A stretch of DNA of 33,056 bases from positions 1 to 33,056 of the IMG/VR virus record IMGVR_UViG_3300025806_000104; one strand, given 5' to 3'. Below the pieces are notes generated by a model. It made no database searches. It worked only from the letters and a program-made list of their open reading frames with translations, and was not told where the DNA came from. Positions 14,414-24,316 of this stretch are shown here, in pieces (positions within the stretch are counted from its first letter, which is position 1; the number at the start of each line of letters is the position of its first letter). The stretch is from a virus. Taxonomy: Duplodnaviria; Caudoviricetes. A program made the position numbers and the translations under genes.

Positions 14414-14610
14414 GTTTTACTTCTACAATTACTCAGCAAGACCGTGATATGCTTCGTGGCATTGTTCGCAAGGTTCATCTATCAAGCGTCATTGCAAAGT
14501 TCGGACAGCACTTTGTTACAGATCATGAGTGCGACAAGCTCATTGACAGCATTGCGCCAGAGGTGGTTGAAGATATGATCCGCTTTGGAGTGAACAAAGG
14601 GCTTAGATGA
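14410..14610 (+). CDS. Hypothetical protein
   Basis: GTGA coupling upstream and ATGA coupling to terL. Confidence 0.6.
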   Translation: MSFTSTITQQDRDMLRGIVRKVHLSSVIAKFGQHFVTDHECDKLIDSIAPEVVEDMIRFGVNKGLR

Positions 14611-16127
14611 TAGACTTCAAATACAAGCCAGATGGAGAAGTCCTTAAAGTATTTATGAAGGACGATACATTCTTTCGTGGCATAAGAGGGCCAGTCGGTT
14701 CTGGCAAGTCCGTTGGCTGTTGTGTAGAAGTGTTTCGCCGCGCAATCCAACAGGGCAAAGGGCCAGATGGAATCCGCAAAAGCCGATGGGCAATCATTCG
14801 TAATACCAATCCCCAACTTAGAACCACCACCATCAAGACATGGCTTGACTGGTTCCCAGAATCAGACTGGGGCAAGTTTACTTGGTCAGTGCCATATACG
14901 CATCACATCAAGAAGGGCGACATTGATCTTGAGGTTATCTTCTTAGCCTTAGACCGCCCCGAAGATGTAAAGAAACTGCTATCTTTAGAACTAACTGGCG
15001 TTTGGATTAATGAAGCTAGAGAAATTGCGAAGAGTATTATTGACGCCTGTACTATGCGTGTTGGGCGTTTTCCTTCTATGCGTGATGGTGGCCCTACTTG
15101 GACTGGTGTCATTGCCGATACCAACGCGCCTGAAGAAGATCACTGGTGGCCGATTATGGCAGGTGAAGTCCCAGTCCCAGATCATATACCGCGTGAGCAA
15201 GCTAAGATGTTGGTTAAGCCAGACAACTGGTCTTTCTATACCCAACCCTGCGGCATGGTTGAAAAGAAAGGTGAAGAGGGCGAGATAGAAGACTATGAGC
15301 CAAACCCCAAAGCCGAGAACACAAAGAATATGCTCAAGAGTTATTATTCCAATCTAATAAGGGGTAAGACTAAATCATGGATAGATGTGTATGTAATGAA
15401 CCGCTTGGGCCACATCCAAGATGGGAAACCTGTCTACCCGATGTTTGCAGCAGAAGTACACATAGCAAAAGAAGAAATACCAGTAGCAGCAAATTCCCCA
15501 GTTTATGTTGGCGTGGACTTTGGCTTGACCCCTGCGGCAGTGCTTGGACAAAAGGTTCGGGGGCGATGGTTTATTCAATCCGAAATTGTAGCCGTAGACA
15601 TGGGCATCGTTCGTTTTGCAGAGGTTCTTAGAAATGAGCTAGCTATAAGATTCGCGGCAGCGTCAGAAGTAATAATCTATGGCGACCCCGCAGGTGATTT
15701 CCGCGCACAGACTGATGAGTCTACTCCCTTTCATATCTTGCGCGGAGCAGGTTTGAGGGCGTTCCCTGCGCCCTCCAACTCCGTTGACCTTCGGCTTGAG
15801 TCAGTGTCCTCCCAGCTGACAAAAATGGTCGAAGGGAAACCTGCTTTATTAATTGATCGCAGATGCCCACAGTTAATCAAAGGCTTTGAGGGTGGGTATG
15901 CGTACAAGCGGATGGAAGTTTCTGGTGAAAGATACGCAGACAAGCCAGACAAGAACATGTTTAGCCACGTTCACGATGCTGCACAGTACCTTTTCTTAGG
16001 TGCAGGTGAGGGTCGAGCGCTTATGAACACCCAGAAACCTGCAAGGGTATCCGTTGCAAAGCGTAGCTTTGATGTCTTTTCTAAGCAGTCACGTCCTAAA
16101 AAGCAGGGGTTTTGGGCAAGAATGTAG
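14607..16127 (+). CDS. terL: Terminase large subunit
   Basis: Walker A GPVGSGKS, Walker B-like VWINEARE, coupling motif DTN, nuclease GVDFG and HVHDAAQY. Confidence 0.95.
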   Translation: MIDFKYKPDGEVLKVFMKDDTFFRGIRGPVGSGKSVGCCVEVFRRAIQQGKGPDGIRKSRWAIIRNTNPQLRTTTIKTWLDWFPESDWGKFTWSVPYTHHIKKGDIDLEVIFLALDRPEDVKKLLSLELTGVWINEAREIAKSIIDACTMRVGRFPSMRDGGPTWTGVIADTNAPEEDHWWPIMAGEVPVPDHIPREQAKMLVKPDNWSFYTQPCGMVEKKGEEGEIEDYEPNPKAENTKNMLKSYYSNLIRGKTKSWIDVYVMNRLGHIQDGKPVYPMFAAEVHIAKEEIPVAANSPVYVGVDFGLTPAAVLGQKVRGRWFIQSEIVAVDMGIVRFAEVLRNELAIRFAAASEVIIYGDPAGDFRAQTDESTPFHILRGAGLRAFPAPSNSVDLRLESVSSQLTKMVEGKPALLIDRRCPQLIKGFEGGYAYKRMEVSGERYADKPDKNMFSHVHDAAQYLFLGAGEGRALMNTQKPARVSVAKRSFDVFSKQSRPKKQGFWARM

Positions 16128-16165
16128 TTTGTGCATTGTGATTTATCCTGTTCTATGGTTACGAA
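16128..16165 (+). promoter_or_regulatory. Late promoter (TTTGTGCATTG motif)
   Basis: Motif at 16128-16138; TTGTGA-N18-TACGAA. Confidence 0.55.
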
Positions 16166-16188
16166 TGTAAAAAATAAAGGAGTTTATT

Positions 16189-16425
16189 ATGTGTTTTGGT
16201 GGTGGTGGCCCAACTGATGCAGAGAACAAAGCAGCAGCAGAGCAACGTGTTGCAGCAGACGCAGCAAAAGAAGAAGAAATTCAAGCTAGAGCATCTAAAA
16301 AACGTGAAGATGTAACTGAGGCTATTGAATCAAGCACTGAGCGCCGAGGCGGTATGCGTGGTGGCGCAGGTCGCAGATCGCTTATGAGAGCAGGTGGCGC
16401 AGGGTTTTTAGGTAGGTTTGGCTAA
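16189..16425 (+). CDS. Small virion protein upstream of portal (MCFG start)
   Basis: AAGGAG SD; MCFGGGGP...GRRSL; position like T7 gp6.7/7.3. Confidence 0.7.
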   Translation: MCFGGGGPTDAENKAAAEQRVAADAAKEEEIQARASKKREDVTEAIESSTERRGGMRGGAGRRSLMRAGGAGFLGRFG

Positions 16426-17966
16426 TGGCTGACGATCCAATTGCAAAGCAGTACATCGAAAAGTACAACAAAGCTAAAGCTTTTCGTGAGAACTGGGTTT
16501 CTCTTTTTGAGGAGTGTTATGAATACGCGCTGCCTCAACGAGAGTCATTCTATTATGAAGAAGCAGGTCAGCGTAGAGATGACAAAATCTTTGACGAGAC
16601 TGCTGTAGTTGGAGTTCAAGAGTTTGCTAGCCGTTTGCAGTCGGGTATAGTTCCTAACTTTGCGCGATGGGCTGACTTGATGGCAGGTAGTGAAGTGCCT
16701 CCAGATCAAAGAGAAGCCATTGATAATGAGCTAGATGAAGTCACCGAATATGTTTTTGAGGTTTTACAGAACTCAAACTTTAGCCAAGAGGTGCATGAAT
16801 CCTTCATGGACTTGGCTGTCGGGACTGGTGTGTTGTGCGTAGAAGAGGGCGATGCAGTAAACCCAGTAAACTTCTCAGCAATACCGCTTCCTCATGTAGT
16901 GCTAGACACTGGCCCCGACGATAGAATTGACCACGTTTACCGTGAGCGCAAGAAGGTTAAGTTCGATCACCTTTCTATTATGTACCCCAAGGGAAAGTTT
17001 AGCCCGAAGGTAGAAGCGATGATGGGGGCTAATCGTGAAACAACTGTTCTTGAAGTTGTTTGCAGAGATTACTCCAAGAAGAACGAAGATGCTTTCCTTC
17101 AATATGCAATCTGCCTGACAACAAACACCTGCTTATATACGAATGAAATGAAGGGCCTTGGCTCTAATCCGTTTATTTGTTTCCGTTGGTCTAAGTGTGC
17201 AGGTGAGATTTATGGACGAGGCCCACTACTTAATGCGCTGTCTTCAATTAAGACAACGAATCTCACCATCCAGTTAATCCTTGAGAACGCACAGATGTCG
17301 ATCTCTGGCATATATCAGATGGAAGATGATGGTGTAATCAACCCTGACACGATAAATTTAGTTCCCGGCACAATCATACCGAAAGCTATGGGGTCAACTG
17401 GCCTTCAACCTATCCAAGCAGCAGGTAAGTTTGACGTTGCGCAGCTTGTTCTTAGCGATATGCGGCACAACATTAAAACTGCACTGTATAATGATATGCT
17501 TGGCAAGCCTGATACCACACCTGCAACTGCTACAGAGGTTGCAGAACGCATGGCAGACCTGTCTCGCAGGATGGGCGCAGCCTTTGGCAGACTGCAAGCA
17601 GAGCTAGTTCAGCCAGTATTGCAGCGCGTAATCTACATTCTTAAGAAGCAGGGGCGCATTGAAGTTCCAACAGTCAATGGGAGAGAGGTCAAGGTTCGCT
17701 CTGTATCTCCATTAGCCCAAGCCCAATCTAATCAGGATATTTCTAGCGTAGCAAGATTCCTAGAGTTGGTTGGCGGGACGTTTGGCCCTGAGATGTTGCA
17801 GCTTCTAATTGACGGTGAACAGACAGCAATTCACTTAGCTAAGAAATTTGGTGTGCCTGAGAGCTTGATTCGTGATGAAGAACAGCGTAAACAAATAGCT
17901 GCATTGGCGCAGCAAATGGCGCAGCAGCAACAGCAACAGGGACAGATGGTTGCCGAACAAGGTTAA
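16425..17966 (+). CDS. Portal (head-tail connector), T7 gp8-like
   Basis: SNF..EVHE.FMDL...GTG, RW....GEIYGRGP, TATEV.ER, GRLQAEL..P motifs. Confidence 0.95.
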   Translation: MADDPIAKQYIEKYNKAKAFRENWVSLFEECYEYALPQRESFYYEEAGQRRDDKIFDETAVVGVQEFASRLQSGIVPNFARWADLMAGSEVPPDQREAIDNELDEVTEYVFEVLQNSNFSQEVHESFMDLAVGTGVLCVEEGDAVNPVNFSAIPLPHVVLDTGPDDRIDHVYRERKKVKFDHLSIMYPKGKFSPKVEAMMGANRETTVLEVVCRDYSKKNEDAFLQYAICLTTNTCLYTNEMKGLGSNPFICFRWSKCAGEIYGRGPLLNALSSIKTTNLTIQLILENAQMSISGIYQMEDDGVINPDTINLVPGTIIPKAMGSTGLQPIQAAGKFDVAQLVLSDMRHNIKTALYNDMLGKPDTTPATATEVAERMADLSRRMGAAFGRLQAELVQPVLQRVIYILKKQGRIEVPTVNGREVKVRSVSPLAQAQSNQDISSVARFLELVGGTFGPEMLQLLIDGEQTAIHLAKKFGVPESLIRDEEQRKQIAALAQQMAQQQQQQGQMVAEQG

Positions 17967-18210
17967 TATTGGGATCGACGGAATACAAAGAGCTTCTGCT
18001 AAAGATGTAGAGGTAAGCCACAATATCGCCCATGTATTTAGTTCGCCCACAGGACAGGAAGTCCTGCGTTATCTGCGCTCCATTACAATCGAAATGGTTA
18101 ATGGGCCTAATGTGACTACAGAAGAGTTGCGACATATAGAGGGTCAGCGTTATCTCGTCGGCCTTATTGAGCAACGTATCTCACATTCGCACAGGAGTAA
18201 GAACAAATGA
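17950..18210 (+). CDS. Conserved post-portal protein (Bbp19-like)
   Basis: VFSSPTGQEVLRYL...EGQRYLV..I. Confidence 0.7.
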   Translation: MPNKVNIGIDGIQRASAKDVEVSHNIAHVFSSPTGQEVLRYLRSITIEMVNGPNVTTEELRHIEGQRYLVGLIEQRISHSHRSKNK

Positions 18211-18950
18211 ATGAGACAGTAGCCGAAGCAACAGCCGAAGCAGCTACAGAAGCGCCAACAGAAGAGCGTGATTTTGTTGTAGCAGAGGACAGTCAACCAC
18301 AACGACCTGAGTGGTTGCCTGAAAAATACAACACAGGTGAAGACTTAGCTAAAGCATATAAGGAGCTAGAGTCAAAGCTTGGCACAAAAGATGAAGACAT
18401 TCGGTCTAAGATCATCGAAGAGATTCAGACCGAAGCCTTTAGCGAGAGGCCAGAGTCAGCAGGTGACTATCAACTGCCAGATATTGTGAATGAGGAAATG
18501 GCTGTAGATAATGAATTGCTCAAGTGGTGGGCGGATCATTCATACGAGAATGGCTTTTCTCAAGAAGAGTTTAACAAAGGCATTGAGATGTATGCTCAAG
18601 CTACTGGTGGGCAAGAGCCAAACCTTGATGCAGAAGCTGCAAAGCTTGGGGATAATGCTAATGACCGCATACAAGCTGCGTCTATGTTTGCAAACAAGTT
18701 CTTTCCAGAACAAGCAATCCCTGCGGTAGAGCGCATGTGCGAAAGCCATGAAGGAATCCTTGCTCTTGAAGCTGTGATGGAAGCAATGAAAGACGGATCG
18801 TTTACAGGCGAAACGCAGCCGAGCGCAGGTCAAAGTGAGGCCGATCTAAGGGAGATGATGAATGACCCAAGATACCATAAAGACCGCGACCCTCACTTCA
18901 TTAAGCAAGTCACCGAAGGATTCCAAGCCCTTTACCCAAACAGAGGTTAA
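18207..18950 (+). CDS. Capsid scaffolding protein
   Basis: Acidic; RPEWLPEKY...LAKAYKELESKLG; C-terminal MNDPRY. Confidence 0.85.
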   Translation: MNETVAEATAEAATEAPTEERDFVVAEDSQPQRPEWLPEKYNTGEDLAKAYKELESKLGTKDEDIRSKIIEEIQTEAFSERPESAGDYQLPDIVNEEMAVDNELLKWWADHSYENGFSQEEFNKGIEMYAQATGGQEPNLDAEAAKLGDNANDRIQAASMFANKFFPEQAIPAVERMCESHEGILALEAVMEAMKDGSFTGETQPSAGQSEADLREMMNDPRYHKDRDPHFIKQVTEGFQALYPNRG

Positions 18951-19461
18951 GATTCTAAAAAGGGGGCGTTATTACATGACCCCCTTTACCTTACGTCATG
19001 TTGATGAAGTTGTTGCTAACTTGAGTAAGGAAAATAAAAGAGAGCTTGCCATCTTAGGTCACACTGACGTTGAGCAAGCCATCATTGAAATGTACGAAAC
19101 ATCTGAGTGCTATCTTGTAAGGCGAGAGGGCGAAAGCTTTATAGCTGTTGGGGGCTTGTTCTTTACTGAAGATCAAGACTTTCCTCAAATGTTCTGCATG
19201 TTCTCAAATAAAATAAAAGAAAACTTCACTATGCTAGCGCGTGGATCAAGGATGTTGGTCAACTTCTTTGACAAGACTCAGCCCAACATGACCATGACTA
19301 TCCTAGCAGATTATGAGGGAATATTGCAGTGGGCAGCTTGGCTTGGCTTTGAACCTGTTGGCACTTCAGTGCTAGGAGAAAACAAGTATGTTGAATTTGT
19401 GCGTTGCAATCCGAACGAAAAGAATGTTTACGATAGCTCATTACGGCCCATAATGCACTGA
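18862..19461 (+). CDS. GNAT-fold/DUF2833 (T7 gp13-like) protein
   Basis: NL...NKREL...G, WAAWLGF motifs; start either 18862 or 18976. Confidence 0.6.
   Translation: MTQDTIKTATLTSLSKSPKDSKPFTQTEVKILKRGRYYMTPFTLRHVDEVVANLSKENKRELAILGHTDVEQAIIEMYETSECYLVRREGESFIAVGGLFFTEDQDFPQMFCMFSNKIKENFTMLARGSRMLVNFFDKTQPNMTMTILADYEGILQWAAWLGFEPVGTSVLGENKYVEFVRCNPNEKNVYDSSLRPIMH
19396..19434 (+). promoter_or_regulatory. Late promoter for the capsid gene (TTTGTGCGTTG motif)
   Basis: Motif 19396-19406 inside the upstream CDS; TTGCAA-N19-TACGAT. Confidence 0.5.
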
Positions 19462-19540
19462 AAGGCCCGAAAGGATACCCTTATTGAAGTGCGAGAGTGG
19501 ACACCCGTTGTAAACCGTAACTTCAATTAGGACTGTGAAA

Positions 19541-20350
19541 ATGGCTAATACAATTGACCAAGCCTTTATCAAGCAGTTTGAAACCGAAGTTCACATGGCG
19601 TATCAGCGTATGGGTTCTAAACTACGGAACACTGTTCGCTCTACTAATGTGACTGGTTCAACTGCTCGTTTCCAAGTAATCGGAAAAGGCACAGCCAATA
19701 CGAAATCTCGTAACGGCAACGTAACCCCAATGGAATTGGCGCATACAAACGTCGAAGTCACTATGGCTGACTACTATGCACCAGAGTACATTGATAAACT
19801 AGACGAGTTGAAAATCAACATTAACGAGCGTCAAGCTGTAGCTCAATCTGCTGCTGCTGCGCTTGGTCGTAAGACAGATGAGATTCTAACAACTGCTCTT
19901 GATGCAGGTGCTAACTCAACTCAAATTCATGACGCTAGCTCTGCTTTGGAAAAGGCTGATCTGCTTTCTCTCTTTGAGACTGTTGGTAATGCTGACATGC
20001 CAGAGGACGGACAGCGCTTCTTAGCAATGTCTCCTGCGGGATTTGCTGATCTGTATAACATCACAGAGTTTGCATCTTCTGACTTCGTTGGCGATCAGAA
20101 CCTGCCGTTTGCAGGTGGTATCACCATGAAGGAGTTCTTGGGCTTTAAAATCTTCTCAACGTCTGCGGTTGCAGGTGGCAAAAACTTTGCTTACCACACA
20201 AACGCTGTTGGCCTTGGCATCAATGCTGATGTTCAAACTGAGGTCAACTATGTTGCAGAAAAAGTCTCACACCTCGCAACCTCGATGATGTCAATGGGGG
20301 CTGTCGTTATTGACGATGATGGCGTCTATGAAGTCCTCGACAATAACTAA
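19541..20350 (+). CDS. Major capsid protein
   Basis: MANTIDQAFIKQFETEVHMAYQRMGSKLRNTV...AAALGRKTDEI; follows the scaffold gene. Confidence 0.9.
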   Translation: MANTIDQAFIKQFETEVHMAYQRMGSKLRNTVRSTNVTGSTARFQVIGKGTANTKSRNGNVTPMELAHTNVEVTMADYYAPEYIDKLDELKININERQAVAQSAAAALGRKTDEILTTALDAGANSTQIHDASSALEKADLLSLFETVGNADMPEDGQRFLAMSPAGFADLYNITEFASSDFVGDQNLPFAGGITMKEFLGFKIFSTSAVAGGKNFAYHTNAVGLGINADVQTEVNYVAEKVSHLATSMMSMGAVVIDDDGVYEVLDNN

Positions 20351-20362
20351 GGAGAGTAAAAC

Positions 20363-20626
20363 ATGGCTTATGCAGCAAGTGGACTAGCTCGAATTGGTGG
20401 TGACTCAAACGGAAGTTTGTGGATGTACACAAGCGCAGACGCAATTGCGACTGTAAACACAGAAGGTTACTTTAACAGCGCAGCAAATATGTTAGCTGTT
20501 CGTGACCTGATTATTGTTTGTGACACCAATGTTCCATCAACCAACTTTGTTAATGTTCTCTCGAACACTGGCACTGTAGTCGATGTTTCAAACGGCACTG
20601 CTGTCGTTGAAACAGACGCTGATTAA
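20363..20626 (+). CDS. Capsid decoration/cement-like protein
   Basis: YTSADAIATVNTEGYFN...DLI; strong SD; directly after the MCP. Confidence 0.6.
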   Translation: MAYAASGLARIGGDSNGSLWMYTSADAIATVNTEGYFNSAANMLAVRDLIIVCDTNVPSTNFVNVLSNTGTVVDVSNGTAVVETDAD

Positions 20627-20634
20627 TAAAGGGG

Positions 20635-20652
20635 TGGGGGCTTCGGCCCCCA
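20635..20652 (+). terminator. UUCG hairpin after the capsid genes (no U-tract)
   Basis: TGGGGGC-TTCG-GCCCCCA. Confidence 0.55.
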
Positions 20653-20659
20653 TACTGCC

Positions 20660-21244
20660 ATGCCAAGAGTAGCAGATTCCGCAATAGAAGTTGCAACCAA
20701 CGCTTTATATCTTATTGGCGCAGATGCCATTACTGACTTTACTGCTAATACAGTAGAGGCAAAAGTTGCGAACGCTCTTTATGAAGACACCGTTCGTACA
20801 TCGTTTGCTTCTTTTCGGTGGCGTTTTGCAACTACACAATTTAATCTCACACGGTTAGCAACAGCGCCCAAGGGCAAGTTTGAGTCTGCCTACCATATAC
20901 CCTCTTCCTGCATTACAGTAATAGGCGCGACAATTAATGATGCTCCAATTAAATACGATATTTATGGTAACAAAATATTCTGCAATGCGACCTCATCAGA
21001 CACTGTAGTCTTAGACTGTGTTGAGCGTGAAGATGAATCCAATTGGCCTTCTTACTTTACAACACCAATTCAGTTTTCGCTTGCTGCATCGTTTGCAATA
21101 TCAATAGCTAAAGATGCGCAGTTATCTGGCTTGATGGAGCAGAAAGCAGCCTCATTGTTTATGAAGGCTAGAAACATTGACTCGCAGCAACAGACAACGC
21201 GCAAACTAAACACTTCGAGGTTTATCACTGAAAGGCGCAGCTAA
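20660..21244 (+). CDS. Tail tubular protein A (adaptor, T7 gp11-like)
   Basis: NAL.LIGA..I..F, WRFAT...L, Y.IP motifs; gene order. Confidence 0.85.
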   Translation: MPRVADSAIEVATNALYLIGADAITDFTANTVEAKVANALYEDTVRTSFASFRWRFATTQFNLTRLATAPKGKFESAYHIPSSCITVIGATINDAPIKYDIYGNKIFCNATSSDTVVLDCVEREDESNWPSYFTTPIQFSLAASFAISIAKDAQLSGLMEQKAASLFMKARNIDSQQQTTRKLNTSRFITERRS

Positions 21245-23865
21245 TGCAAAAGATCAGAGTACCAATTAGCAGCTTTCAGTATGGCGAAATAAGTGACTCT
21301 CTTATTATGAGAACTGACACTGCCGTCTACAATGCGTCAGCGCAAAGCCTACAGAACATGGTTGTTATGGCAGAAGGGTCTGTCAAAAAGCGTTATGGCC
21401 TAAAGCACATCTATGACTATGGATTAAGGTATGTATCTTCTGACGGCACTGGAACTGCTGACGATGATGGAGTTGTTACTCAGTTTACAAACACAGGGCA
21501 AACTAGCTTTACACTAAATGGAGCATTTGTTTCTGGAGGCGCTGCGTCATTTGGAACTGACGGAAGACTTGTTACATTCTACAATGACAGCAACGCATCG
21601 GCGGGAACTCCAATTCCGTCTGCGCTTAATCTTGTCTTAACAATTACTGGCACAGATATATATGGATTAGCCCAGACGGAAACGATTGACCTAGATGACA
21701 ATACAGCAACCTACACAAGTACAAAGTCTTTTAAAACTGTTACTGCGGTTTCTATAAATACTGCACCAACAAACTTTAATCTAAAAGTAGGCGTTACTGC
21801 TGCGCTTGATTATATAAACAAAGAAGAGCAATCACATCTGTTTCCTTTTGTTTTTGATGAAAACGAAGAATACATCATCTCGGTAGAACATCAGAGAGTA
21901 AGATGCTTTCGCCTTCTAACAGACGGCACAATAAGTCTTGTTTCTACTATAGTGGCAGACACAAGTAGCGCAGCGCTGCCCTTCGATCAGGATTATTTAA
22001 AAGAATACACCATATCGCAGTATGGCGATGTTATGTTTATTTGCCATCCACTCTTTGCGCCAAGGATGCTGACGCGAACAAGCCTTACTGCATTTGAGAT
22101 TTCTACATATAGCTTTGACAAAAGGGCAGATAACAGCGCTACGTTTCAACCTTACTCTAAGTTTCAAGGTCATGGCGTAACGCTTGATCCTAGCGCTACA
22201 ACTGGGACAGGAATAACCTTAACAACAAGCGCTGCATATTGGGATACAACAGGCAGTCAGTCTGGTGGCAATTATCCTGACTCTCTTCATGTTGGCGTAG
22301 TGGTTAGATATAGCGGCAACGAGATTACAATAACGAGTGTTCAGTCTGCGACTCAGGCAACAGGTAATGTTGTTGATGAACTATCAACGCGCCTGTCTGT
22401 TTTAAATCCATTTCGCACTATTGATGGAAGCACAACTGTAGAAGTCACAATGATTGAGCATGGTTTTGCAGGTAGTGAATCCATTACTTTTTCTGGGGCT
22501 TCAGCAACTGGCGGTATTAATACTGGCAACTTAAATGGAGCTAGAACTGTAAGCGGAATTATCGACGAAAACACATTTACCTTTACTGCGGGTGGCGCTG
22601 CTTCTTCTGCTGAAGATGGCGGTGGTCAGGTAACTGTTGTAACTCATGCACCTAGATCAGATTGGGATGAGCAAGCTTGGTCGGCTAAACGTGGATACCC
22701 TGCGGCTGTTGAGTTCCATGAGAACCGTCTTTGCTTTGGTGGTACAATAGCAGAGCCAGATAATATCTGGATGTCACAGCTTGGTGAGTTCTTTAACTTT
22801 GATGTGGGCGATGCGGCAGATACAGATGCTATCTCTATGGTGGCTGCAACAGGTGATGTTAATGAAATAAGGTATCTTGTTTCAAACAGAGACTTGCAGG
22901 TGTTTACTGCATCTAATGAACTTTATATTCCAACCTACCTTAATCAAGCCATTACGCCGACCAACGCACAGATAAGAAAGCAGACACCATATGGGGTCGA
23001 ACACGTTGAGCCTATGTCAATAGACGGCGCAACAATCTTTGTGCAGAACAATGGCAGGATTATTCGAGAGTATATCTACACTGACACAGAGGAAGCCTAT
23101 ACTGCGACATCTGTTTCTACGATTGCCTCTCATTTAATAGATGCCCCAAAGTATTTAGCCGTTGTTCATAGCGGCTTTGGCCTTCCAGACTCATACGCTG
23201 CCTTAACTCTTAACAATGGCGACCTTGCATTGTTCTCATCAAACAGAGCGGAGAAGAGAGCATCATGGACTAGGGCAGTAGCCAATGGCACATTTGGTTC
23301 AGTTTGCAGCATTGAGGATCGCCTGTTTGCTAATGTGTATGACGCAAGTGGCAACTTAAAACTTTGTGAGTTTGACACTGAGGTGGGATTAGACTTCTGG
23401 CTGTACGGTGCAGTATCAACTAATGTTGTTGATGTAAGCGCCGTATATTCTTCTGGCGATTCTGTTGATGTAATTGCTATTAAAGATTCTACACAGTATT
23501 CGCTTGGAGCTTTTACTGTAAATGGAAGCAATCAGGTTGATCTTACTGCACACGCTTCAGAAAGCTATACCCACGCTTATGTAGGCAAGAAGTTTACAGC
23601 TAAGATAATAACAAATCCTGTTGATGCTGCTGTAAGCAATGGCCCTGCAACTGGCAGTGCGAGAGGAATTACCAACATTGTTTTAGACTTAAAGAACGCA
23701 AACTCAGTTAAGGTAAACAGCAGAGCGCCAACGATGTCTTCTGGATTTACTGGCAAGAAAGAGTTCCGATCTTTAGGTTATAGTCGTGACCCACAAGTTA
23801 CAATCGAACAAGATGACCCGCTTACTATGCAGGTTAATGGAATAATTGCGGAGTTAATAATCTAA
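21244..23865 (+). CDS. Tail tubular protein B (nozzle, T7 gp12-like)
   Basis: SFQYGEIS, QYGDVMFICH, GYPAAVEFHENRLCFGG, IW.SQ.GEFFNF motifs. Confidence 0.9.
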   Translation: MQKIRVPISSFQYGEISDSLIMRTDTAVYNASAQSLQNMVVMAEGSVKKRYGLKHIYDYGLRYVSSDGTGTADDDGVVTQFTNTGQTSFTLNGAFVSGGAASFGTDGRLVTFYNDSNASAGTPIPSALNLVLTITGTDIYGLAQTETIDLDDNTATYTSTKSFKTVTAVSINTAPTNFNLKVGVTAALDYINKEEQSHLFPFVFDENEEYIISVEHQRVRCFRLLTDGTISLVSTIVADTSSAALPFDQDYLKEYTISQYGDVMFICHPLFAPRMLTRTSLTAFEISTYSFDKRADNSATFQPYSKFQGHGVTLDPSATTGTGITLTTSAAYWDTTGSQSGGNYPDSLHVGVVVRYSGNEITITSVQSATQATGNVVDELSTRLSVLNPFRTIDGSTTVEVTMIEHGFAGSESITFSGASATGGINTGNLNGARTVSGIIDENTFTFTAGGAASSAEDGGGQVTVVTHAPRSDWDEQAWSAKRGYPAAVEFHENRLCFGGTIAEPDNIWMSQLGEFFNFDVGDAADTDAISMVAATGDVNEIRYLVSNRDLQVFTASNELYIPTYLNQAITPTNAQIRKQTPYGVEHVEPMSIDGATIFVQNNGRIIREYIYTDTEEAYTATSVSTIASHLIDAPKYLAVVHSGFGLPDSYAALTLNNGDLALFSSNRAEKRASWTRAVANGTFGSVCSIEDRLFANVYDASGNLKLCEFDTEVGLDFWLYGAVSTNVVDVSAVYSSGDSVDVIAIKDSTQYSLGAFTVNGSNQVDLTAHASESYTHAYVGKKFTAKIITNPVDAAVSNGPATGSARGITNIVLDLKNANSVKVNSRAPTMSSGFTGKKEFRSLGYSRDPQVTIEQDDPLTMQVNGIIAELII

Positions 23866-24305
23866 TGGCACTACCTTTAATGTTCGCTTTTATTAGCGCA
23901 GCAGGTCAAATGCAAGCAGGTGCGGCAGCAGAACAGTCTGCTAACTTAGACGCTTTTAATATAGAGACCGATAAAGTAAGAAGCGAAATAGAAACTCGAC
24001 AGCGCCATGCCGCTAGACGAGAGGCTTACGATAGAAATACCTCTGCCAACATTGCAGCCGTTTATGCTAGCGGAAGAGATGTATCTAGCCGATCTGTTGA
24101 GGCTTTCCTTGGAGCGCAAAAAGAAACCTTGGGTAAAGATATTAGAACGTCCGATCTTATGGGAATGTTTGAGGCTATGAAGCTAAGTCAGCAAGCAACA
24201 ACAACAAGGGTTGAAGGCAGGGCTAGAAAACAAGCAGCGATGATTGGTGCATTTACTACAATTGGCAAAGGCATTGCTGATTATGGCGATTACAAGACAA
24301 CTTAG
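23865..24305 (+). CDS. Internal virion protein (T7 gp14-like)
   Basis: Hydrophobic Ala/Gly N-terminus, ASG motif, position after the nozzle gene. Confidence 0.65.
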   Translation: MALPLMFAFISAAGQMQAGAAAEQSANLDAFNIETDKVRSEIETRQRHAARREAYDRNTSANIAAVYASGRDVSSRSVEAFLGAQKETLGKDIRTSDLMGMFEAMKLSQQATTTRVEGRARKQAAMIGAFTTIGKGIADYGDYKTT

Positions 24306-24316
24306 GAAAATAAGCA

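Noticed and set aside
19541-20626. T7-style capsid frameshift or read-through extension
   Set aside because: MCP ends in TAA with no slippery heptamer seen, and the next gene has its own strong SD
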